From: Elusimicrobiota bacterium
GTDB taxonomy: Bacteria; Elusimicrobiota; Elusimicrobia; JACQPE01
NCBI GenBank assembly: GCA_042563375.1
Contig: JBHPMF010000002.1
Coordinates: forward strand, 75,842-139,841
DNA: 64,000 bases
Reading direction: 5' to 3'
The position numbers and the translations under genes were made by a program. The notes beneath the pieces were generated by a model. That model was given only the letters and a program-made list of their open reading frames with translations. It ran no database searches and had not been told where the DNA came from. This document shows, piece after piece, positions 23,330 through 31,950 of the stretch. Numbering within the stretch: the first letter of the stretch is position 1; each line of letters opens with the position of its first letter.

Positions 23330-25873
23330 ATGCTCAAACGCCAGAAAATGACCATAAAAGGCAGGGTCCAGGGAGTAGGCTTCAGGCCCACTGCCTACCG
23401 CTATGCCCTGGAACTGGGCCTCGCAGGCAGCGTCTCAAATACCCATGACGGCGTTGTCGTAGACCTGCAGGGGCCCGTCAATAAGCTTGCTTCATTTGAA
23501 ACGCTACTAAAGGAAAAAGCGCCTCCCGGAGCCGCTATTAAGAGTATAGAGAAAAGGATCCTTGCTCCGTCTGAAAAACTTTATGGATTCTCGATATTAA
23601 AGAGCTCAAAAAACCAGCCGTCAAAAACACTTTTTCCGCCTGATCTGGGCCTGTGCGAGGCATGCTCCAAAGACATAAACAACCCGCACGATCGCCGCTA
23701 TAAATACCCGTTCACAAACTGCACGGATTGCGGCCCAAGATTCACGATCATTGAGAACCTGCCTTATGACCGCCCAAAAACAACCATGAAAGGATTCCAC
23801 ATGTGCTCTGATTGCCTGCGCGAATACAATGACCCCCTGAACAGAAGATTCCACGCCCAACCCAATGCATGCCCAAAATGCGGACCAATTGCAGAATTTA
23901 AGCCACTAAGGGAAAGAAAAAATAAAAGTTCTTTGCGCTATCCATTCTGTAACAATAATGGAAATAACACTGCCTCACTGTCATTGCGAGGAGCGGCAGC
24001 GACGAAGCAATCTCAAACAGGAATAAACGCTATTAAAAAAGCAGCTCAACTTATTGGTCAAGGCAAGGTTCTGGCCATCCAATCCCTCGGCGGATTCCAT
24101 CTGGCATGCGATGCTTATTCAGATAAGGCAGTCAAGAGACTGCGCGCTTTAAAGAACCGGCCACATAAGCCATTCGCCGTCATGTTGACCGGAGTACATA
24201 CCGCTCAAAAACATTGCGAAATAACGAGCCGGGAAGCATCAGCTCTTGAATCGCCCAGGGCGCCTGTTATCATGCTTGAAAAACACCATGGCTCAGGTCT
24301 CTCAAAACTCATTTCCCCGGGCTTAAATACCATGGGCATTATGCTTACTTATACCCCCCTGCATTCAATTCTTTTTAAGGAATTGAAAAGCTGTACGGAC
24401 GCTCTCGTCATGACCTCGGGCAATATCTCCGACGAGCCCATATGTAGGACGCCTGAACAAGCTTTAAGAAAATTAAACGGGATCGCTGACGCGTTTTTGA
24501 CCCATAACAGGCCTATCAGGAACCGCTGTGATGATTCTGTTGTATACATTCATCAGGATAAATGTATCCCCATCCGCCGAGCAAGAGGCTATGTGCCTGA
24601 CCCTGTGGAGATGAGAACCGCCTCTGCTACTCCCATCCTAGCCTGCGGAGCAGAACTCAAAACCACATTCTGCTTAACTCGAGACAACGAAGCATTCCCG
24701 TCAACCCACATCGGCGGCATGAAAGACCAAAAAACCACTGATTTTTACGAAGAAGCGCTGGGGCGGATGAGCAAATTTCTCGAAATAAAACCCGCGATCA
24801 TCGCTCATGATACGCATCTTGATTATCTGACAACGCGCATCGCAAAACAGCAAGCTAAAAAACTCAAACTTCCTGCCTCGCGCTTGATTCCCGTGCAGCA
24901 CCATCACGCTCACATCGCAAGCGTCATGGCAGAGCATAAGCTTGATAGAAAAGTTTTAGGCATAGCTCTTGACGGAACAGGCCTTGGCACGGATGGAACC
25001 ATCTGGGGAGGAGAATTCCTGGAAGTAAATGGAGCGGATTTTCGCAGAGTGGCCCATCTAAAGCCTGTCAGAATTCCCGGAGGCGATATCGCAGCAACCG
25101 AGATCTGGAGATGCGCCCTCCCATGGATCGAAAAAATCCATCTCTCTTCTTTCCCCTCTCCCTTGAGGGTCGGAGATGCTCCGAAGCCTTGGCGAAGGAG
25201 TGGAGAGGGCAGGGTGAGGGTGAATAAAGAAGCTCCGCTAAACATTACCAAAAACCTATTCAAAGACATCGACCCTAAAAAAATAGAATTCGCCTGGAAA
25301 ATGATGCAAAAAGGAATAAATTCCCCTCTGACTTCCAGCATGGGCCGCCTCTTCGACGCAGTCGCTGCCCTGATCAACGTACGCCACGAAACAACTTATG
25401 AGGCCCAAGCAGCCATGGAACTCGAAAGTCTCCTAATCCCTGTTTCTTCTTTTCCTCCCCCTGGATGGGGGAGGCTAGGCGGGGGTGGCAAAGCCTCACC
25501 TTCTTACACTTTCAAATATTCCCCCTCCCCCCATCTCCCCATAATAATCGACCCAACCCCAGCAATATCCTCCATCCTGACTGACCTAAAGTCAAAAAGA
25601 CCATCAAAGGAAATATCCTTAAAATTTCATGTCTGTGTCGCCAATATGATCGCGGAAATCTCAAAAACCCTGTGCAACCAACTTAAGATCAGAACAGTCG
25701 CCTTATCCGGCGGAGTATTTCAAAACAAAACACTTCTGAACCTGGCCATCCCGAAACTCAAACAAAAAGGATTAAAAACATTCACAAACACGCAAGTCCC
25801 CGCCAATGACGCGGGGATCTCCCTCGGCCAGGCATGGATCGCTATGCAGAAAATGCTAAATGCCAAGGGCTAA
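23330..25873 (+). CDS. hypF: [NiFe]-hydrogenase maturation carbamoyltransferase HypF
   Basis: 847 aa. Acylphosphatase domain (GRVQGVGFRP). Two Zn-finger pairs (CEACSKD..CTDCGPRF; CSDCLREY..CPKCGP). YrdC-like GGFHLACDA and a Kae1-like C-terminal domain. Contains three repeat-derived in-frame inserts. Confidence 0.95.
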   Translation: MLKRQKMTIKGRVQGVGFRPTAYRYALELGLAGSVSNTHDGVVVDLQGPVNKLASFETLLKEKAPPGAAIKSIEKRILAPSEKLYGFSILKSSKNQPSKTLFPPDLGLCEACSKDINNPHDRRYKYPFTNCTDCGPRFTIIENLPYDRPKTTMKGFHMCSDCLREYNDPLNRRFHAQPNACPKCGPIAEFKPLRERKNKSSLRYPFCNNNGNNTASLSLRGAAATKQSQTGINAIKKAAQLIGQGKVLAIQSLGGFHLACDAYSDKAVKRLRALKNRPHKPFAVMLTGVHTAQKHCEITSREASALESPRAPVIMLEKHHGSGLSKLISPGLNTMGIMLTYTPLHSILFKELKSCTDALVMTSGNISDEPICRTPEQALRKLNGIADAFLTHNRPIRNRCDDSVVYIHQDKCIPIRRARGYVPDPVEMRTASATPILACGAELKTTFCLTRDNEAFPSTHIGGMKDQKTTDFYEEALGRMSKFLEIKPAIIAHDTHLDYLTTRIAKQQAKKLKLPASRLIPVQHHHAHIASVMAEHKLDRKVLGIALDGTGLGTDGTIWGGEFLEVNGADFRRVAHLKPVRIPGGDIAATEIWRCALPWIEKIHLSSFPSPLRVGDAPKPWRRSGEGRVRVNKEAPLNITKNLFKDIDPKKIEFAWKMMQKGINSPLTSSMGRLFDAVAALINVRHETTYEAQAAMELESLLIPVSSFPPPGWGRLGGGGKASPSYTFKYSPSPHLPIIIDPTPAISSILTDLKSKRPSKEISLKFHVCVANMIAEISKTLCNQLKIRTVALSGGVFQNKTLLNLAIPKLKQKGLKTFTNTQVPANDAGISLGQAWIAMQKMLNAKG
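23978..24017. repeat. Family C repeat inside hypF (in frame)
   Basis: ctgtcattgcgaggagcggcagcgacgaagcaatctcaaa encodes ...SLSLRGAAATKQSQ..., in the linker between the second Zn finger and the YrdC-like domain. Confidence 0.8.
25151..25238. repeat. Family A long-variant repeat inside hypF (in frame)
   Basis: ttcccctctcccttgagggtcggagatgctccgaagccttggcgaaggagtggagagggcagggtgagggtgaataaagaagctccgc. Roughly 85-90 % identical by eye to 27438-27526. Encodes FPSPLRVGDAPKPWRRSGEGRVRVNKEAP. Confidence 0.8.
25451..25500. repeat. Family A repeat inside hypF (in frame)
   Basis: tttcctccccctggatgggggaggctaggcgggggtggcaaagcctcacc encodes FPPPGWGRLGGGGKASP. Confidence 0.75.
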
Positions 25874-25961
25874 GTGCTAAATGGAAAAAACAGAAAAAAT
25901 GACCGAAACAAAAAAATCTTCTATTTTTGCATTCAGCATTTATAATTTGTAATTTCTCTAT

Positions 25962-26183
25962 ATGTGCCTAGCTATTCCCGGCAAGATCATTTCAAAAAAA
26001 GGCCCGCTCGCCAGAGTGGATTTTAACGGAATAACCAAAAATACCCGCCTGGACCTTCTGCCAAAAGCAAAAACCGGGGATTATGTGATCGTGCATGTTG
26101 GATACGCGATTCAGGCTTTGGACCAAAAAGAAGCGAAAAAAACCATGAAAGACCTCCGGAAGTACGGGATTATCAAAATATGA
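25962..26183 (+). CDS. hypC: Hydrogenase maturation chaperone HypC
   Basis: 73 aa with the N-terminal MCLAIPGKI signature. Confidence 0.9.
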   Translation: MCLAIPGKIISKKGPLARVDFNGITKNTRLDLLPKAKTGDYVIVHVGYAIQALDQKEAKKTMKDLRKYGIIKI

Positions 26184-26203
26184 AACTTTCGCATTTTATC
26201 TCC

Positions 26204-26285
26204 GGTAGTCGCACCCTTTATGGGTGCGTTTGCTTTACGTTTAGTATGAGCAAAAAAGAACGCGCCCATAAAGGGCGCGACTACC
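26204..26285. repeat. Family F palindromic element (GGTAGTCGCACCCTTTATGGGTGCGTT ... AACGCGCCCATAAAGGGCGCGACTACC)
   Basis: 82-bp element with ~27-bp inverted ends between hypC and hypD. Half copies at 14619-14640 and 59172-59198. Confidence 0.75.
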
Positions 26286-26346
26286 CGAACCGAATCGATT
26301 TTCACGATTCGACGATAAGCACAGCTCAGGGTAATCACTAGAAACA

Positions 26347-27537
26347 ATGAAAAACCAACAAGTTGCTCAATCCATTCTGCCTGAAATCAAAAAACTTACC
26401 AAACAGATCACGAAAAAGACCATGAAAGCTCGGATAAACCTCATGGAAGTATGCGGAACGCACACAATGGCGATCGCAGCCAGCGGTATCCGCTCGCTTT
26501 TGCCCAAAGAAATAAACATGCTCTCAGGACCGGGTTGCCCGGTATGCGTAACATCAACAGGCGAGATCGACATGGCTATAGATCTTGCGGATCAGCATAA
26601 CGCCATTATTGCCACATTCGGGGATATGATGAAAGTAAGAGGAAGTACCGGTTCACTCCAGGACGCAAAAGCTGATGGCCATGACATTAGGATCATATAT
26701 TCCCCCTTTGAGCTTGTTGGACTTGCGCGCGCGAATCCAAACAAAAACGTGATATTCATAGGCGTTGGTTTTGAAACCACCATCCCCGCGATCGCCAGCG
26801 CAATAAAACAAGCCAGGGCGAATGGGATCAAGAATCTTTTTGTGTTGCCGATCTTTAAGCTTGTCCCCCCTGCTCTCAAGGCCATACTTTCCGGCACTGA
26901 CCATAATATCCACGGCTTCATCCTGCCTGGGCATGTGAGCGCCATAATCGGAGCTAAGCCTTATGAATTCGTAGTGAAAGACCATGAAGTGCCCTGCGTT
27001 ATAACCGGCTTCGAGCCGATGGACATCCTGCAGGGGATCCTGATGGTCCTCAAACAGCTTATCCGCCAAAAACCAAGGCTTGAGATCGAGTATTCACGCT
27101 GCGTTAAGCCGAACGGCAATCCCGTGGCGATAAACACGATGAATGAGGTCTTTCAGGAAGCAGATGCCAGATGGAGGGCGATCAGCACCATACCGCGTTC
27201 GGGCTTAAGTTTCAGAAAACCATTCATAGGATTTGACGCACTCAAACGATTTAACATCAGATATAAGGAAACGCCGGAACCCAAGGGATGCTTATGCGGA
27301 GCTATCCTCACAGGCAAAGCAAAACCTAAACAATGCAAGCACTTTGGAAAATCATGCACTCCGACAAAAGCCATTGGCCCGTGTATGGTATCTTCTGAGG
27401 GAGCCTGCGCAGCGGAATATAGATATGGCCCCCCTTTTTCCCCTCTCCCCTTGAGGTCACAGATGCTCCGAAGCCTTGGCGAAGGAGTGGAGATGGTTAG
27501 GGTGAGGGGCATAAAGAAAGCATCGCTAAGCAAATGA
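26347..27537 (+). CDS. hypD: Hydrogenase maturation Fe-S protein HypD, with a repeat-derived C-terminal extension
   Basis: 396 aa. CGTHT, GPGCPVCV, GFETT and the C-terminal PCMVSSEGACAAEYRYG. After that the ORF continues about 35 codons through a Family A repeat to TGA 27535-27537. Confidence 0.95.
   Translation: MKNQQVAQSILPEIKKLTKQITKKTMKARINLMEVCGTHTMAIAASGIRSLLPKEINMLSGPGCPVCVTSTGEIDMAIDLADQHNAIIATFGDMMKVRGSTGSLQDAKADGHDIRIIYSPFELVGLARANPNKNVIFIGVGFETTIPAIASAIKQARANGIKNLFVLPIFKLVPPALKAILSGTDHNIHGFILPGHVSAIIGAKPYEFVVKDHEVPCVITGFEPMDILQGILMVLKQLIRQKPRLEIEYSRCVKPNGNPVAINTMNEVFQEADARWRAISTIPRSGLSFRKPFIGFDALKRFNIRYKETPEPKGCLCGAILTGKAKPKQCKHFGKSCTPTKAIGPCMVSSEGACAAEYRYGPPFSPLPLRSQMLRSLGEGVEMVRVRGIKKASLSK
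27438..27526. repeat. Family A long-variant repeat forming the 3' end of hypD
   Basis: ttcccctctccccttgaggtcacagatgctccgaagccttggcgaaggagtggagatggttagggtgaggggcataaagaaagcatcgc. Encodes ...FSPLPLRSQMLRSLGEGVEMVRVRGIKKAS. Confidence 0.8.
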
Positions 27538-28397
27538 TCACAGAAATTCACTTCCTATTAACATACACATGCATAATGGAATGCGATCATTGTTTCCTGC
27601 ATTGCGGTCCGTATGCTAAAGGAACATTCACGGTAAAACAAATAGAGCGCGTCATTAAGGAAGCTTCCAGAATAAAAACACTTGAATGGATATATTTTGA
27701 AGGCGGCGAAGCATTCCTGTTTTACCCGACATTACTTGAAGGCATCAGGCTCGCCAGGAAAAAAGGCTTTAAAGTCGGGATAGTAAGCAATTGCTATTGG
27801 GCCACATCGAAAAGCGATGCCCGGATATGGCTCAAACCGCTTAAAAAGCTCGGTATTTCGGATCTCAGCATCAGTGAAGATGATTTTCATCTGGATGATA
27901 AAAAAGACAAGCGAACCAAAAATGCCATGCTGGCAGCAAAAAAACTGGGCATACCCACGGGTGTTATCTGTGTTGAAGGACCGAAACGCAAGAATTCAGG
28001 AGCTGCCCTGTTAAGAGGCAGAGCCGCGGACAAGCTTGTTAAAGGCCTGGCAAAAAGCAAATGCAGTAAATTCACGCAATGCCTAGACGAAGAGATACGC
28101 GATCCCAAACGCGTTCATATTGACCCATATGGCCATGTTCAGATCTGCCAGGGCATATCAATAGGAAACATGTGGAAAAAGCCGCTGTCATCCATCCTTG
28201 AAAATTATGATTGGCGTTCTCATGCGATCTGCTCGAAATTAGCAAAAGGCGGACCAGCGCTGCTGGCGAGAAAATACCACGTAAAACCTGAGGCAAAATT
28301 CGCAAGCGCTTGCCATGCCTGCTATGCTACTCGAAAATCATTGATCAAAAAATTCCCAAAATATTTAGCGCCTAAACAAGTTTATGGGATCAAATAG
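27534..28397 (+). CDS. Radical SAM protein of unknown function, embedded between hypD and hypE
   Basis: 287 aa. N-terminal CxxxCxxC (YTCIMECDHCF). Further C-terminal Cys (ICQG, CSKL, CHAC). ATGA overlap with the hypD stop and a 14-nt overlap with the hypE start. Confidence 0.8.
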   Translation: MITEIHFLLTYTCIMECDHCFLHCGPYAKGTFTVKQIERVIKEASRIKTLEWIYFEGGEAFLFYPTLLEGIRLARKKGFKVGIVSNCYWATSKSDARIWLKPLKKLGISDLSISEDDFHLDDKKDKRTKNAMLAAKKLGIPTGVICVEGPKRKNSGAALLRGRAADKLVKGLAKSKCSKFTQCLDEEIRDPKRVHIDPYGHVQICQGISIGNMWKKPLSSILENYDWRSHAICSKLAKGGPALLARKYHVKPEAKFASACHACYATRKSLIKKFPKYLAPKQVYGIK

Positions 28398-29394
28398 CAA
28401 CCAAAAAATCCTCCTCTCCCACGGCTCCGGCGGAAGACTCACCCATGCCCTTATAAAAGACGTATTCCTTAAAGAACTTGGGGCAAACCAGCACAATTGT
28501 CTTGATGATGCGGCTGAGATCGCGATAAAAGCAGGCAAAAAACTCGCTTTCACCACAGATTCCTACGTGGTAAAACCCCTTTTCTTCCCGGGCGGAGATA
28601 TCGGCCGCTTAGCAGTATGCGGAACAGTAAATGACCTGGCAATGAAAGGAGCTCAACCAATGGCTATGTCAGCTTCTTTTATCATCGAGGAGGGGTTCAG
28701 GATGGAGGCACTGCGCAGGATCATTTCTTCAATGAAGCGCGCTTGCAAAGAAGCGGATTGCAGGATAGTAACAGGCGATACAAAAGTCGTGGAAAAAGGC
28801 GCAGCTGACAAGCTTTTTATAACAACATCAGGAATAGGAGTCATTCCGAATGGAGTCGATATTTCAGGCAAGAATGCCAGAACAGGGGATGTGATCCTGA
28901 TCAATGGCCCCATAGCTCAGCATGGAACAGCTGTTTTGAACGCAAGGGAGGATCTTGGCTTCTCAGGAAACCTCAGAAGTGATGTCAGACCATTGAACAA
29001 GTCAGTCGGGTCAATGTTACGCGCGACAAAAAATATACATGTCTTGCGCGACCTTACAAGAGGAGGGCTTGCAACTGCTTTAAATGAGATATCGCAAGCT
29101 TCAGGCTTGGGCATATTGATAAACGAAATATCAGTGCCGATTGACAAAGCAGCCAGGGCAGTTTGCAGCCTGCTAGGCCTTGACCCTCTTTATGTGGCAA
29201 ATGAAGGTAAATTCATCGCCATAATGCCAAAAAAACACGCGAATAAACTCATTAAAACGCGCTTAAAAGGGACAGGCTTCAAATTAATAGGAGAACTTCA
29301 ATTAAATCCCAAATCCGTACGGATAAAAACCTCAATTGGCGGAGAACGCATTTTATTGATGATGGAAGGCGAACAATTGCCCAGGATCTGCTAA
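28384..29394 (+). CDS. hypE: Hydrogenase maturation protein HypE (carbamoyl dehydratase)
   Basis: 336 aa. LLSHGSGG, AIR-synthase-like fold motifs, and the C-terminal PRIC. Confidence 0.95.
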   Translation: MGSNSNQKILLSHGSGGRLTHALIKDVFLKELGANQHNCLDDAAEIAIKAGKKLAFTTDSYVVKPLFFPGGDIGRLAVCGTVNDLAMKGAQPMAMSASFIIEEGFRMEALRRIISSMKRACKEADCRIVTGDTKVVEKGAADKLFITTSGIGVIPNGVDISGKNARTGDVILINGPIAQHGTAVLNAREDLGFSGNLRSDVRPLNKSVGSMLRATKNIHVLRDLTRGGLATALNEISQASGLGILINEISVPIDKAARAVCSLLGLDPLYVANEGKFIAIMPKKHANKLIKTRLKGTGFKLIGELQLNPKSVRIKTSIGGERILLMMEGEQLPRIC

Positions 29395-29544
29395 AAAACC
29401 AGCATAGTAACTAGTAAGACAATCAAGAAATAAAAACATCAAAAATAATTACCAAAAAACCATGAAAGAAAGGAATGAAAAATTTATGGCTGAGGCTGGC
29501 TTTTTTGGACCTGGAAAAAACCATGAAAGGCCTGTTTATATGAT

Positions 29545-30831
29545 TTACTTTGCTGCAAGAAAAGCTTTTTCAGCGGATTTGATGGTATGAGCAATATCTT
29601 CTTTGCTGTGCGCTAAAGATAAGAACATTGCTTCGAACTGAGATGGAGCAAGATATATACCCTGTTCCATCATAGCCCAGAAAAACTTGTTGTATTTTTC
29701 AGTATCAGCTAATTTAGCTGTTTCAAGATCGATCACGCCCTTGCTCGCAAAAAACACAGTCATGATCGAGCCGATACCGGCTACGCGAACACTTACTTGC
29801 GCTTTCTGCGCGGCTTTATTCAATCCCTTGACCAAAACAGTGGCATTTTTCGCTAATTGCTTGTAAACACCCTTTTTATTCAATGCCTTTAGGGTCTCAA
29901 TACCTGCAGTGACTGCCAATGGATTGCCTGACAATGTGCCTGCCTGATAAACAGGGCCATTGGGAGCGACTTTATCCATCACATCCCTGCGGCCTCCGTA
30001 AACTCCGACAGGCAGCCCCCCTCCTATGATTTTCCCAAGACAGGTCAGATCCGGGGTAACTCCGAACACAGATTGCGCTCCTCCCAACGCTACTCTGAAA
30101 CCTGTTATCACCTCATCAAAAATAAGAAGCGCTCCGCTTACTTTAGTAAGGCTGCGCAGTTCCTGTAAAAACCCGACCAAGGGAAGTATCGTTCCCATAT
30201 TCGCGGCCACAGGCTCGATGATCACGCAGGCGATGTTTCTCCCGTGAATTTCAAAAAGTCTTTTCACAGCAGCCAGATCATTGTATGGAGCAATAAGAGT
30301 GTGCTTTGTGTAAGACGCTGGCACTCCGGGGGACTCAGGCAAGCTCAACGTCACAAGACCGGAACCAGCTTTCGCCAAAAGACCATCTGAATGCCCATGA
30401 TAACAGCCTGCGAACTTAACGATCATGTCCCTGCCCGTGAATGCTCTGGCAAGGCGTATTGCGCTCATCGTGGCTTCAGTCCCTGAATTCACAAAACGCA
30501 TCATTTCCATGGAAGGCATGGCTTTGTTGATCATATCCGCGAGAATGATCTCTTTTTCAGTGGAAGCCCCGAAACTCGTGCCTGATTGAACCGTGTTCTT
30601 TAAAGCCTTAACCACTGCAGGATGCGCATGCCCCAGGATCAACGGACCCCATGAGCAGACATAATCTATGAAACTGTTGCCATCCTCATCATATATCCTT
30701 GATCCCTTGCCTCGCTTTATGAACAGAGGTTTCCCCCCGACAGAACGGAACGCTCTCACAGGGCTATTGACGCCTCCGGGCATATAAACCTGGGCTGAGT
30801 TAAAAAGTTTTTCCGATCTATTGGTTTTCAT
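29545..30831 (-). CDS. hemL: Glutamate-1-semialdehyde 2,1-aminomutase
   Basis: ORF track runs to 30933, but that extension lies in a repeat. ATG 30831 (MKTNRSEKLF..MPGGVNSPVRAF) has an AAGGA RBS upstream. Confidence 0.9.
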   Translation of the reverse strand: MKTNRSEKLFNSAQVYMPGGVNSPVRAFRSVGGKPLFIKRGKGSRIYDEDGNSFIDYVCSWGPLILGHAHPAVVKALKNTVQSGTSFGASTEKEIILADMINKAMPSMEMMRFVNSGTEATMSAIRLARAFTGRDMIVKFAGCYHGHSDGLLAKAGSGLVTLSLPESPGVPASYTKHTLIAPYNDLAAVKRLFEIHGRNIACVIIEPVAANMGTILPLVGFLQELRSLTKVSGALLIFDEVITGFRVALGGAQSVFGVTPDLTCLGKIIGGGLPVGVYGGRRDVMDKVAPNGPVYQAGTLSGNPLAVTAGIETLKALNKKGVYKQLAKNATVLVKGLNKAAQKAQVSVRVAGIGSIMTVFFASKGVIDLETAKLADTEKYNKFFWAMMEQGIYLAPSQFEAMFLSLAHSKEDIAHTIKSAEKAFLAAK

Positions 30832-30851
30832 GTCTTCATATCCTTTGTTCT

Positions 30852-30948
30852 TCGTAGCGCGGCAGCTTGTATGCCGCTCTTTATTCCCCCACTCTACCCC
30901 GCTCGAGGGGAACAAGTGGAAGGCGGGATACAAACTCCCGCACTACGA
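30852..30948. repeat. Family E palindromic element (TCGTAGCGCGGCAGCTTGTATGCCGC ... GCGGGATACAAACTCCCGCACTACGA) between hemC and hemL
   Basis: 97 bp. Its outer ~26-bp arms are inverted repeats. Close relative at 33741-33846 and a perfect short form at 40239-40307. Confidence 0.8.
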
Positions 30949-30957
30949 CAGAATAAA

Positions 30958-31887
30958 TCATACTTTATGAATAAAATCTTGGGCGCCTTTTTTAAGTAAT
31001 TCCTTGGCCAATATTTTCCCAAGGTCCTCAGGTTTTGAAACAGGTCCGCCCATGCAATCCTTTACCACAGAACTTCCGTCAGGCGAAGCTGCCATGCCTT
31101 TAAGCTCAAGAGAATCCCCTGAAACCGTTGCCAAAGCAGCTATGGGAGCTCTGCATCCCCCGCCAAGTGTGCGCAAGAATGAGCGTTCAGCGCTCACACA
31201 TATCCTGGTCGCTTCATGGTCAAGCTCTGCCAGCAGATCCAGGGTTTTCTTATCATTGGACCTTGCTTCAACAGCCAACGCGCCCTGCCCCACAGCAGGA
31301 AGACATGCGTCCACAGGCAGATACTGCGATATCCTGTGGCCTAACCCCATGCGAAGCAACCCGGCTGACGCGAGGACTATCGCGTCGAATTCACCCTCGT
31401 CAAGCTTGCGCAAACGCGTATCAATATTACCTCTTAGCGGACATACTTTGATATCAGGCCTAAGAGCCTTTATCTGGACCTGGCGCCTTGGGCTTGAGGT
31501 GCCCACACTGACTCCCACGGGCAATTTTTCAAGACTACTGCCCGTGCGCAGAACAAGAGCGTCTCGCGGATCATCTCTGTTGATTATCGCTGCCAGCTTT
31601 AAACCGGAAGCGATCTCTGTGGGCATATCTTTGAGGCTGTGGACCGCAAAATCGCATTTGGATTCAAGCAATGCTTTTTCAAGCTCCTTGATGAATATCC
31701 CCTGCCCGCTGATCTGCGTTAAATCTTTATCAAGCTCCTTATCACCTTTTGTCGTGATCTCCTTGATAATGAATTCAGCGTCCGCATTGTTGCGGCGCAA
31801 TAAGTTGATCACAAGATTGGTCTGCAGCAATGCGAGATTACTGGCCCTGGAAGCGACCATCATGGCTCTCTTATCATGTTTTGGCAT
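30958..31887 (-). CDS. hemC: Hydroxymethylbilane synthase (porphobilinogen deaminase)
   Basis: 309 aa. SRASNLALLQT, HSLKDMP, RGNIDTRLRKL. Confidence 0.9.
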   Translation of the reverse strand: MPKHDKRAMMVASRASNLALLQTNLVINLLRRNNADAEFIIKEITTKGDKELDKDLTQISGQGIFIKELEKALLESKCDFAVHSLKDMPTEIASGLKLAAIINRDDPRDALVLRTGSSLEKLPVGVSVGTSSPRRQVQIKALRPDIKVCPLRGNIDTRLRKLDEGEFDAIVLASAGLLRMGLGHRISQYLPVDACLPAVGQGALAVEARSNDKKTLDLLAELDHEATRICVSAERSFLRTLGGGCRAPIAALATVSGDSLELKGMAASPDGSSVVKDCMGGPVSKPEDLGKILAKELLKKGAQDFIHKV

Positions 31888-31950
31888 ATTATCCGCCCAT
31901 GATGGCTTTCTGGAATGTTTTATAGGAAAGATTTTTTAACAACTTAACGG

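Noticed and set aside
30832-30933. 34-codon extension of hemL
   Set aside because: The extension is encoded by a Family E repeat. The conserved HemL N-terminus and an RBS fit ATG 30831.
31004-31939. 311-aa ORF on the plus strand
   Set aside because: It is entirely antisense to hemC, whose translation has clear family motifs. Its own translation is Ser/Pro/Leu/Arg-rich with no motif. This is a typical shadow ORF.
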